A program made the translations under genes and the position numbers. From positions 1,573,492-1,637,491 of the forward strand of contig CM074822.1 of NCBI GenBank assembly GCA_037447605.1: DNA of 64,000 bases, given 5' to 3'. The DNA is from Zygnema circumcarinatum SAG 698-1b (lineage: Eukaryota; Plantae; Zygnematophyceae). The notes under the pieces were generated by a model. The model made no database searches, was not told the origin of the DNA, and was given only the letters and a program-made list of their open reading frames with translations. Shown one piece after another: positions 23,870 through 35,490 of this stretch (its first letter is position 1; every line of letters begins with the position of its first letter).

Positions 23870-26800
23870 TTGGATGTACTTCCTTCTTCCATTTCGCTTT
23901 CCCCTGCCACTGTAGTGACTCCTTCTGGACTTATGGATGTGGTGATGCATGGTCAATGGAATGTGTTTATCCTCAATGTTATGGGTAATGATGTCTTGGT
24001 GAATTGTGCCACGAATGCCCTGCATGTCATGCGGGACACATCCCATATACTTGGGCTGCATGTGCTGATTCCTCAGCACTTGGCCGTTCGCACTTTTCCC
24101 AACGCCACTTGGCGGTTGGTGAAACAGTTGAGGAAAGGGCACTCGTTGGTGCAAGAGATGGAAGGATCCACCAGCTTGCTGGTTGGCTCACCCTACACAT
24201 TGGTGTGGAGGACGGCTCGTCCTCAACCCTCGCATATAGTGCGATCTATGTTCCATCTTGCCCATCGTGCCATGACCTTCATCGGGTCAGCCAATGGCCA
24301 CCCAGCAATTATACTGCTAGATACTGGTGCAGATGCTAACTTTGTTAGCTCTGCATTTACCCAGAGATTTCAATTGACCACAGATCCCCATTCAGAAAGT
24401 GTTACTTTCGGGGATGGGCGCAAGGGCCAGATCTCTGGTAGCGTCACACTCAAGATCAAGCTCCAATCCTACTCCGGGGCAGTGAAGTGTCTTCTGACAC
24501 AACTGGCCTCTGGTACAGATGTTATTTTAGGGAGTGCTTGGTTAACCATGGTCAACGCCCAATTGGACTTTTCCATCCCACACTGCATTCTTCGCAGTGG
24601 TGATCGGCGCATCACACTGCACCCTGGTAAACCACCCACCACTGCTACCACGCAGGATGTTACTCCTTATCTCTGCTCGGCCATTCAATTGGCCAAAGCC
24701 GTAAAGGAGGGTTGCACCTTGTTTATGGTGCATGTCATGGCAGCCACTGAAGATGTGCATGTCAAAGATCAGGAATGGCAGATCACACCTACGGATGTGC
24801 TCCCGGCCGTTCCACCAAGGATCCAACCTCTGTTGGATGAATTCAGGGATGTCTTCCCTGATGACCTTCCAAGAGGGTTGCCCCCGTCGAGAGGGGTGGG
24901 GCACACAATCCCTCTTGAGCCTGAACAAAAGCCGCCTTGGCGGCCGATCTATCGGTTAAGCCCGAAAGCAACCGAGGAGATGCGAAAGCAGTTGGCAACT
25001 TTACGTGAAAAGGGCTGGATAGAACCTAGTCAAAGCCCCTTTTGGGCGCCCATCTTGTTTGTTGGGAAGAAAGATGGTTCGTTGAGGATGTGCATTGATT
25101 ATCGCGCCCTCAACAAAATCACCGTAAAGAACCGTTTTGCTTTACCACGTATTGATGATCTGTTGGATCGTCTTCACGGCGCCAAAGTGTTCACATCCCT
25201 TGATCTTGCTCAGGGGTATCATTAGATCCGTGTCACGGAAGCTGATGTGCCAAAAACTGCGTTCCGAACGCCGATTGGTCATTTCCAATATAAGGTGTTG
25301 CCCTTTGGATTGACTAATGCTCCGGCGACTTTCCAGGCTGTGATGAACGAGATGTTCATAGGCATGGATGAGTTTGTTTTGGTTTACCTCGATGATATCC
25401 TTGTCTTCAGTAAGACGGAGGAGGAACATCTTGAACACGTTCGGCAAGTGTTTGAGACCCTGAGGAAACACCAATTTTATGCCAAGAGGAAGAAGTGTCA
25501 CTTCATGCAACGTGAATTGCTATATCTTGGGCATATTCTCAATGCTCAAGGCCTTCCGCCTGACCCTGCCAAAGTTTCAGCGGTAGAAACTTGGGCACCA
25601 CCAACTGACTTGCATTAGTTGAGGTCTTTTCTGGGCTTTGCGAATTATTTTCGTAAATTCATTCAAGGGTTTAGTAAGTTGGTTACTCCCTTGACTAATT
25701 TGACACGTTCCGGTGTCCCCTTTACATGGACCCCTGAATGCCAGGATGCATTCGAAGGTGTGCGCCATGCACTTGTTACCGCACCCACTCTCCGTTTAGC
25801 GGACCCGTCCAAGCCTTATGAAGTGGTTTGTGATGCTTCGGGATTCGCCTTGGGTGCCGTCTTGTTTCAAGATGGTCAACCTCTGGCATATGAAAGTCGC
25901 AAGATGAATCCCGCTGAGCGCAACTATTCTGCAACAGAACAGGAACTGCTTGCAGTGGTCCACGCCCTGAGGACATGGCGGTGCTATTTAGAGGGGGCGA
26001 AAGCGGTCACGCTGGTCACTGACCACCGCCCGCTGACGTTCCTCTCAACCCAACAGACCCTGTCTAGGCGGCAGGCACGCTGGTCTGAGTTCCTCCAAAG
26101 GTTTGACTGCCAGTGGGTCTATCGGCCCGGAAGGCTGAATGTAGCAGACCCACTGAGTAGGCAGCCTCGGCATCTTGCCTGGATGGTGCGCTCGTCGACT
26201 CGAGTGTTGGTGGAACGAGATGACAGAGGTGAGGGGCCGGCCAACCCCGAGTCTCCGTCTCCAGTATGCTTTGTCATAGATCCCTCCACCAGTGACGCAG
26301 TCAACCCTCCTGCTCTCTCTGATCTCAGACAGATGATCCAGGAGGGGTATACTGGTGATCCTTTGTTCCTGGATGGCCAAGGTAATGGCTATAAGGACAA
26401 AGTGGTGTCTAAGGACGGATTTTGGTACCACGGCCAGCAGTTGGTCGTGCCCAAGACCGGGACTGTACGGCAGCTCATTCTGGGTGAGCTACATGATCCT
26501 CCGTACCGAGGTCACATGGGAGTTGCCAAAACCCGTGAGGCATTGCTCCGAGAGTTCTGGTGGCCTGGACTCTCGAGGGATGTGAAAGCGTATGTACTCG
26601 CTTGTCCAACTTGTCAAGGAAACAAACCCCGCACTGGCAGGATCCCTCGCCAGCTGTACCCCCTCACACCTCCTTTTCGGAAATGGGATAGTGTGGGTAT
26701 GGACTTGATCACAGATCTCCCTGTGACACCTCGGGGGCATGACTCCATCCTCGTCTTTGTCGATCGACTCAGCAAGATGGTGCATTTTGCACCAACTACT

Positions 26801-27790
26801 AAGACAGCTGGGGCCGACGAGATTGCACAGTTGTATGTTGACAAAGTGTGGAGCCAGCATGGTCTTAGTCAAAAATTGTGTCTGACCGCGATCCACGATT
26901 CACCGGCCATTTTTGGACGGAAGTGCTCAAAATCGTTGGGACCAAGCAGGCGTTGAGTACAGCTTTCCACCCGCAAACCCGATGGCCCAGGCCAGGCGAA
27001 TTGAATAGGATCTGGGTTACCTCCGGCTTTTATGTGGGACCTACCGGATGGGTGGGGCGAACTGCTCCGATTGGTACATTATGCCATCAATAATGCTTAC
27101 CCGGGGAGTCCATTGAGGTACCACCCCTTTCTTCCTGAACTTTGGTCAGCATCCCCTAAATCCCCTGCAACCAAGGGATCAGTCCCCTGATCCGTGGAAC
27201 ATGGGCGTCCACAGAACCCCCGATCCTTGGAAGCTGAGAGGGACTGATGGGACTCAACCTCCCGCAGTCAGATCTTTTGTCCGGCTAATGTCTGGGGCTC
27301 TGCAGAGGGCACGGCAGACCCTGCTAGCGGCCCAGTCGCGACAAAAGGCCTATGCTGACCGCGGGCGTGCTCACCTCACCTTCGATATTGGCACTGAAGT
27401 GTTGTTGAGTACTGCCAACTTGAAACTCAAAGCTTATGGCGGAACACGTAAGCTGTGGCCCCGTTTCATAGGACCTTTTAAGGTCGTGAAGCGAATCAAT
27501 GCTGTCGCTTACAGGTTGGATTTACCATCCCACATGAAGGTGCATCCGGTCTTTCATGTGGGCTTGCTAAAGGTCTACCGTAGCGATGGGAGGATCCAGC
27601 CACCTCCCCCACCAGTGGAGCTTGAGGGTGAACTTGAGTAAGAAGTTGAAACCATTCAAGCCCGTATTAATGAAAAGGGTCGATCTTCCGTCCACGAATA
27701 CCTGCGTGGAAGTGGTTGGGCTATGGGGTTGAGCATAGCACATGGGAAACTGAGGGCAACCTGACCAACTGCCAAGAGCTCATCAACTTG
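23870..27790 (+). pseudogene. Ty3/Gypsy chromovirus pol (MTase-like insert, PR, RT, RH, INT, chromodomain)
   Basis: [37 protein letters not shown]...CPTC, GPFKV; premature stops at ~25223, ~25616 and ~27639. Confidence 0.9.
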
Positions 27791-28002
27791 TACTGGGAGG
27801 CGCAGGCCGCAAGAGAGCGGGCGAGGGCGGCTCGGGGGGTTTCTGAGCCGTCCCGCGCAACTCGGAAAGGGACTTGACCGGGATTATCGCTGAGCCCTCC
27901 CGGTTATCACGTAGAGTTCGACGCGTGCCGTTGAAACTACGAGCTGCCTTTACTACCCCACACGTGAACGAGGGCGTTCACATTCTCACAGGGGGGGAGT
28001 AA

Positions 28003-28742
28003 TGTAGCGAAACGCTACAGTCACCCCAAGGGGGAAGGGTTACTTAGAGCCCGGCGTGGCTTTATGTTTCCATCCAATGCAGTACCTAACGGTTAGGGCA
28101 TCGGATACCCTATAGGACGACGGAGGTCCTAGGTTCGAACCGTAAGGCTGGTTCACCGTGGGGTACCGCGGCTCTCTATGGGCCCCGCGTCGTGACCCAA
28201 GGTCCCTCCTCTCGGCGTAGGGGAGGGGGATCAGGGGCCAGCAGCACCGCGGGACCAATCGGTCACCGATTGGATCTCGGGCAGCGGATCCCCTTTGGAA
28301 TTCCCGTTAGATCGTGCAATAGCGGTTTACCCGTTACTCTGGGCCGGGCTGGCTTGTCGGACCCAGCGCCGCGCGCAGAGTTCCGACGTGCACTTCAGCG
28401 TCACGGCGGCGCGCGTTCGCGGCGCCCGCCCAGCGGAAGTCACCGAGGCGTTAGATGCGTTGTACACCTGCGACCCATGCGGGTCGAGAGAGGAGGAACC
28501 TGCGATGGCGGTACGCCACTGGACGGCCCTGCTTCCATCCTCCCGTAACAGTAGGAGGTTCAGCGGGGGAAGCGTAAAGGGGCGAGGGGGACTGTGGTCA
28601 CCCAACGAACGTACCGGCATTCGGTTGCACCCCTGCCCAGGGCTGCGCCTCCCTCTGAAGCTCTCACTCTCCCTCTCTCTCTTTGCTGAACTCTGAAGTG
28701 CAATTCCGCGCAGACTGAGGAGGCGTTTTCTCAGTTGTTACA
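28003..28742 (+). repeat. Gypsy family C 3' LTR (740 bp)
   Basis: PPT AGGGGGGGAGTAA, then TGTAGCGAAACGCTACA...TTGTTACA; Copia sequence resumes at 28743. Confidence 0.85.
28078..28142 (+). promoter_or_regulatory. tRNA-like Pol III A-box/B-box module in the Gypsy LTR
   Basis: GTACCTAACGGTTAGGGC ... GGAGGTCCTAGGTTCGAACC. Confidence 0.6.
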
Positions 28743-31700
28743 TGAGAGGCTTCAATGCCTTCTTCGCTGGTCTCCGTCCTCGCCACAATCTCAATCCGCC
28801 TTTGGGGCTGGGTCTCACCCTAGCCGTGTCACGCCCTTTCGTCCACGTGATGTCCCTGAGCTCTGCACTTCCTTTGCTCGCGGGTTCCAAATCCACCCTG
28901 TAGATGCGACTATCAATGTTATGTAGAACATACCCTTCTAGCGGCTCTGGCGGGTCGAACTTCATATACGTACCTGCCCAGCCCGACTTGCGTCGACCAG
29001 CAGCGCTCGAAAACGGTGGGAAACCGTGGGTTTTCTCCCACTCCACACCTCCTCAGGAACCTGGTCCTTGAGCACAGAAGATGGGCATCTATTCCTAAGG
29101 TAGGCTGCGGTCATCACCGCCTCTCCCCAGAAAGAAGCCGGGAAGGGGGAATCTATCAGCATGGTCGCGCCATGTCCCCCAACGTCCTATTTACCCTTTC
29201 AGCAGCTCCATTACGAGTAGGGAGCAGAAAATTCATGCCTAATTCCACAAGTCTTGAGGTACTCGCCGAACTCCTTTGACTTGAACTCCCCTCTGTTTTC
29301 TGAGCGCAGAGTCTTCAGTTTCTGTCCGCTCTCTCGCTCCATCTGAGTCTGCCAATCTCTGAAGGCTCCGAAAGCCTCAGACTTGTTCTTGAGAATTTTC
29401 ACCCAAATTTTTCTCGAAAAATCATCCAAGAAAAGTGATGATGAAGTACGAGCTCCTCCACTTTCGTTGCGGTGTCACGGGGCCTGAGTCGGTGTGAACC
29501 AACTCCAGTTTCACCTGCGCATGGTACGCCTCCTCTCCGCTCCTCGCGAATGGTTTCCGATGCGCCTTCCCCTCTACACACTCCTTGCAAAAGCCGAGCT
29601 CCTTCTCCACGACATCTACGTCTAACCCACGGACCAGCCCCTTAGCGACAAGCTGTTCTGACCCACGATGGTTTAAGATGTCCCGGAAGTCGATGCTAGA
29701 GATTTGCTTGAGTTTCAGCGCAGCCATCACATCTTCATCCTCTGTCCTTCTATAATGAAGATAATACAGGCCTCCCTTCTCATACCCCTCAAACAGCCGC
29801 TTCCCCGTCACTGCATGAGTAGCTACACAAGACTTCTCCTTGAATGTGATCTCGTACCCCCTCTTACACACCTGGCTAACAGACATGAAGTTTTGTTTCA
29901 GCTCGGGGGTGTGAAGGACATCACCGATACATAGACGCTCCTCCCTCTATTCTTTGTAGATGACAGAGCCGTCTCCGAGAATCATCTTGACTACTCCTCC
30001 TTCGTGACTATCACTCCCTCTCCGGTTGGCGAGTGAACAGATCGGGTCCTCTCCAGCGTGTCCAGCGTGGAGAACATCTGCTTGTCGCCACACATGTGTG
30101 TGGAAGCGCCTGAGTCGATCAACAACGGCCGCTTCAGATCCTGAACCTGGATCTTCCCAACAAAGTCAGAATTTTCAGGCCTTTCAGACATCATCAGATT
30201 GGTCTCATTCGACCCTCTGCACTCTGTGCTCTTGTGACCTCGCTTCTTGCACTTGAAGCAGANNNNNNNNNNAGTGGCCGGTCTTGCCACACGTGTAGCA
30301 CGCTCCTGCAGGGCGTTCTCCTCGGTCCGACTTCGGCGCACCTCCTCTTCGGTCTTGTCGTGAGTGTAGCGCTAGCACCTTCTCCTCGGTGCTCCCGGTG
30401 TCTTGGACGGTGTCCTCCTCCTTGATCCTCCGCTTCACTTGCTCAAGGGTCATTTTCGAGTTCGTTAGGACAGTCCTAAGCGCTGCGACTGCTACATCAA
30501 ATCTGGAGGTCAATCCCCCTAAGAATAGGCTGACCTTATGGTCACTCTCTAACGGTTTTTGTAGAGCTATGAACCTCTCCATCAAGGTATCAAACCTGAC
30601 CATATATTCACTCAGTTTCTCATCCGAGGACATTTTCATCTTCCCAAGTTGCGTGTAAAGACTCACTATCGTAACGTTATCCTTTACATCATACATCTCT
30701 TCTAAGCACCTCTACATAGCATGTGAGGTCTTGAGATCATACAGCATGGACGAAGGACTTCCCCTCACACTCATGACGATCTGGGTGAGCGCTTTGTTGT
30801 CCTTGGCACTCCATCTGGCGAGCGCCACTTCGTGTTCCGACTGCTGCTCCGCCGTGGCTCCCTCCGGTAGCACCAATTCCTTGATGGTGCCGTTGACGTA
30901 CCCCAACAGTCCCTTGCCCACGAGCAAAGGGACCAGCCGCCATCTCCACCCCTTGTAGTCTTGACCGTCGAATGCGGGAATGCTGAACTTCACNNNNNNN
31001 NNNGATCCGTGTGAGTCTACGAGGATCCGACGGCGCAGGATTAGGATCGGGATAGGGCCCTTGCAGGCCGCTAGTCGATGTTGTGAAGCTTCGTAGCATG
31101 TTGTTATCACGTGTGTAGTGACATAGTATTTAAGGATTGTTTTTGTTGTAGGCAAACAATTCATTCAGGCTGTTGTAGTCTCTGTTATGCTGTTCGCTCG
31201 TGTTGCGACACTACACTTACTCGTGTTGTGAGGTAGTGAGCTGTGAGATTGCTGAGCGGTCGATTTGAGATGGGGTCTCTCAATGTATGAGTGAATTCAC
31301 TATTAAGGAGTTTTAGAGCCAGGAGCTTTCTCCTATTCATTTCTCTCTGTTATTCCGTTGTGCATTGTTTGCTGTGATTCACTTTGTGTGTAAAATGGGC
31401 TATGAGTGAATGTGAGGGATTTGAGTATGTCATCGTCGATTGGAACGCGAACTCCGATGGAGGGTGACCCGAATGGAGGAACTGACGGCAGCAGTGGAGG
31501 AGTCCCTGCACCAACAAGTGGTATCAGAGCTCATGGAGACTCGGAGGACCATGTCAAGTTCAGCATTCCGGCCTTTGATGGGCAGGATTACAAGGCATGG
31601 AGATGGAGGTTGGTTCCCTTTGACTGGCGGGCACTAGGTATGTTGATGGCGGCATCAAGGCGCGGAGTTACGGTTGGAACCTCGCGCCGGGCGTGAGTGA

Positions 31701-33137
31701 ACACGATATGGCGCTGCGCCGCGATGGAAAGCCAGGAAAACAAACTACTGGCCGCTGATTGTAATGGCGTAAAGAGAGGGAAGTCCGTCCTACATCAGCA
31801 TATGATTTGAAAACCTCTCATGCCATGTGGAGATGCCTACAGGAAATGTATGATGTAAAAGACAATGTGACGATCGTCAGTCTTTACACGCAGCTAGGCA
31901 AGATGAAGATGACTTCAGATGAGAAACTAGAAGCTTANNNNNNNNNNCCAGCACATCACAGAGTGAAGGAGCCGAGCCAGCAGCTGCGTCAAGCGAGCCT
32001 GCTGATGTTGGAGAGTCGCCAGAAGACGCGCATGCGGAGGAGCCGCAGAATTCGACGGAGACGATCCCACTGCACTCTCAGTCCAGTGGAGAAGAGGAGA
32101 ACTCCGTGGAGACGGTGCCGCTGCACACGCAAGAGTCTTAGGACCTTGAAGCGGCCGAGAAAGAGGCAATGTTAGCAAACATGCCTCCAGGTTTTGTACT
32201 CGGACTCTACTTCTATCCGAGAGGACGAAGCGCGAAGGAGGTTTGGAAGAGCAGTCGGGACAAGAGGCGACCAGATCGGTATACGCCTGAGAACAACCTT
32301 ATCCAAGAGAGAGTGCCTTCAGATTCAGCTGACCTTGTGGGAGTTGCCCATTGCTTTATGATCACGGAACCACAGACCTTTGAGGAAGCGCACGACGGAG
32401 TCGATGACGACAAATGGCGGGTGGCGATCGATAGCGAGTGGGACAGCTTGATAGAGAACGGCACGTGGAGGTTGGAGAAGCTGCCTCAAGGGAGGCGAGC
32501 TATTGGCTGCAAATGGGTCTTCAAAGTCAAGAGGAAGGCAGACGGAAGCGTGGACAGATACAACGCGTGGCTAGTGGCGAAGGGATACGCCCAGAAGTAT
32601 GGAGTTGACTACGTGGAGACTTTCGCTCCAGTGGTAAAGTTCAACTCCTTGAGAGCCTTGATTTCCATCGTAGCGGCTGAAGGAATGCATGTCCATCAGC
32701 TGGACATCAAGACGGCATTCCTGTACGGAGATCTAACGGAAGATATCTACATGGAGCAGCCCGAGGGGAAGGTGGTCCCAGGAAAGGAACACCTAGTCTG
32801 TCGATTAGTGAAGAGCCTATATGGTTTGAAGCAGGCGCCTAGAGTGTGGTACGAGAAGATAGATGATCTTCTGAGGAGGAATGGCTTCAACCGATTCGAA
32901 ACGGATCATTCCGTGTACCGTCAAGGAGAGGGGGCGGACATCATGTTTGTCGGGATCTATGTTGACGATCTCATAATGTATCTGCTTGGGATGCAGCTGA
33001 AGAGGGGGCAGGATGGCACCTTATTCTTGTGTCAGAAGAAGTATGCATCGGATGTCCTTGCCCGGTTCCACATGGAGGGTTCTAGGCCGTGCTCTAGCCC
33101 GATGGAGATAGGCGCTAGATTGTCAAAGGAGATGTCA

Positions 33138-33582
33138 TGTAACGAACCTGCCTGCAGCAGGGTTCGAACTCAGGACCTCCCGGTATTCACCTAAGTGCTT
33201 TACCATTAAAAGGCAACCGCGGATGTAAGTACTCGGCCATACAACCCATGTATAGCGTTTCGCTACATTCCTCCCCACCTAAACCGGGCTCGTCCTCGAG
33301 CGCAGTCAAGGTTTTTCACGAGCAGCGTTCAAGCTCTTTCAACACATGAAGGTGGCGTACGGTTCAGACCCTCTGGTCAACCGTACCATGCTCAGAGATC
33401 ACGGTGTTTTTAGGGTGGATTGCAAATACCAGTCCTTAGGCTCTGATACCAATGTAACGAACCTGCCTGCAGCAGGGTTCGAACTCAGGACCTCCCGGTA
33501 TTCACCTAAGTGCTTTACCATTAAAAGGCAACCGCGGATGTAAGTACTCGGCCATACAACCCATGTATAGCGTTTCGCTACA
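33138..33582 (-). mobile_element. Complete 445-bp TRIM with tRNA-like LTRs
   Basis: Identical 130-bp LTRs (33138-33267 and 33453-33582), iMet PBS, PPT, 185-bp non-coding interior, 5-bp TSD TGTCA; inserted in Copia RT. Confidence 0.95.
33155..33220 (-). promoter_or_regulatory. tRNA-like Pol III module in the TRIM LTR (repeated at 33470-33535 and 21666-21730)
   Basis: GCGGTTGCCTTTTAATGGTAAAGCA...GGGAGGTCCTGAGTTCGAACCC. Confidence 0.7.
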
Positions 33583-34305
33583 TGTCACCTTTGAGTGCAG
33601 CAGAGGCGCAGAAGATGTTCGGAGTGCCTTACAAGTCTGCAATTGGGAGTCTTATGTACCTGATGATTGGAGCAGCGTCAGGACACAGCAAAGCGATTCT
33701 TCGGCGGCGTTCGCGGAGAATCCAGCACCGAGCGTGGGGGCGTGAAGAGGATGACCGGTGTAGAGAGGGGCGCCTTGATTATGGGATGAGGAGTATGAGG
33801 AGGGGCCGGCGCGGGGGTGATTGGCTATCTGAGACTCGGTGGGGTGGTGATGTAGATACATCGCGCTCGACTCCAGGTTTCATTTACCTGTATGGAGGTG
33901 GAGCGATTTCGTGGAGCTCCAAGTTGCAGGACTCGGTAGCGTTATCGAGTACATGAGGCGAGTACATGGGTGCTTGTCATGCTGCAAAGGAGGGCGTGTG
34001 GTTTCAACAGTTCTTTGATGAATGCAAGAGAGAACAACGCCCAATTACCTTGTTCACCAATAATCAAGCATCGATTGCCTTGGTGGGAAACCCGGTGTTT
34101 CACAAGCAGACCAAGCACATCCGAGTGCAGTACCACTATGTACGGGAGTTGGTCGAGGAGGGTTTGATCGATGTGAAGTTCGTAAGCACGAAGGAGCAAG
34201 CCGCCGATATGCTGACGAAAGGAGTTAGCGGAGAAACCCTGCTGGTGAATGGCAGGTTGGTTGGGTTGGGGCCCATGCAAAAACTAAAGTCCCAAAGAGG
34301 GGGAT

Positions 34306-35288
34306 TGTTAGTGTATAGTAGTTAGTCACTAGACAAGTTGTTGTTAGGACATTAGTTTTGTGTGTGTGTTCTATGTGGCCCTTTGGGAGAGCAAATGCTA
34401 CACCTGAGCCGCGGCGGAGGGTGCAAAGCTTTGGTCGGTCGAGCGCGACGCGCGACGGTGGGAGTGACAAGGCGCGAATGCGACAAATCAAAATTAATGT
34501 GACGAACAGAAGGAATGAAGTGTGACGTGACACACGGAGCTCCAGCACGGATTCGGAGCTGATGCAACGTTCAGGCTTTAATGAGCGAGTCGGACTTGAC
34601 GCGATGCGGCGTCAAATTGTCGGCGCGCGATTCAGAACCATACGGAGCTGCGTCGAATTGTCGGTGGCGTGAGACGACGCGAGGATTGATGCGTCATATA
34701 TCTTGAAGGCGGGGTCAGATCCTACGGCGCAAGACGTGGATCGGATGGAAGGCTGAGTCGGATCTGACGGAAGCAAAGGGCTGGATCCGTGTGAGTCTAC
34801 GAGGATCCGACGGCGCAGGATTAGGATTGGGATAGGGCCCTTGCAGGCCGCTAGTCGATGTTGTTAGCTCCGTAGCATGTTGTTGTCACGTGTGTAGTGA
34901 CATAGTACTTAAGGATTAGCTTTTGTTATGTGGGGTAACAATTCATTCAGGCTGTAGTAGTCTCTGTTATGCTGATCGCTCGTGTTGCGACGCTACACTT
35001 ACTCGTGCTGTGAGGTAGTGAGCTGTGAGATTACTTGGGTGGCCGATTTGAGAGGGGGTCTCTCAATGTTGTGAGTGAATTCATTATTAAGGAGTTTTAG
35101 AGCCAGGAGCTTTCTCCTATTCATTTCTCTCTGTTATTCCGCTGTGCATTGTTTGCTGTGTTTGCTGTGGGCTATGAGTGAATGTGAGGGATTTGAATAT
35201 GTCATCGTCGATTGGAACGCAAACTCCGATGGAGGGTGACCCGAATGGAGGAACTGACGGCAACAATAGAGGAGTCCCTGCACCAACA
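34306..35288 (+). repeat. Copia family B 3' LTR
   Basis: Follows PPT AAAGAGGGGGAT; 3' half matches 31004-31516. Confidence 0.85.
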
Positions 35289-35490
35289 TTGCGAAGGGCT
35301 GCGTCTCGAGCAACGACGCCTTCGTGGTGCGCAGCAGGGGATAATATGGCACTGCGGTGCGGATCAGCCAATACAACGTCCCCAACAGCCATACCGAAAT
35401 GCGTACCTAGCCAATGCTGAATTCGCCTGACTGGCTTACGAAATTGATTTAGCGATAGTCAAGGTCTGACTCCCTATAATTCCAAGATTT

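Larger units (their letters stand above)
21861..30993 (-). mobile_element. Ty1/Copia element (family B), minus-strand copy, interrupted by a Gypsy element
   Basis: gag (FDGQDY, UBN2-like), zinc knuckles, protease LLIDSGASTHM, integrase (DDFSRKIWV) at 28743-30993; RT (GCKWVFKVK, YKARLVAKG) and RNase H (DNQSSIAL, HKRTKHI, ADMLTK) at 21894-23859; PPT; stops and frameshifts. Confidence 0.85.
31004..35288 (+). mobile_element. Ty1/Copia element (family B), plus-strand copy
   Basis: Partial 5' LTR 31004-31516, PBS TGGTATCAGAGC 31519-31530, gag start, gap, RT/RNase H 32169-34290, PPT, 3' LTR 34306-35288 (TGTT..AACA). Confidence 0.85.

Noticed and set aside
30993-31520. Head-to-head Copia pair as a real composite structure
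   Set aside because: The junction is an N gap, so orientation and adjacency are unverified
33155-33220. A functional tRNA gene
   Set aside because: T-stem and acceptor stem do not pair properly and the anticodon loop differs between copies; only the promoter-like motifs are kept
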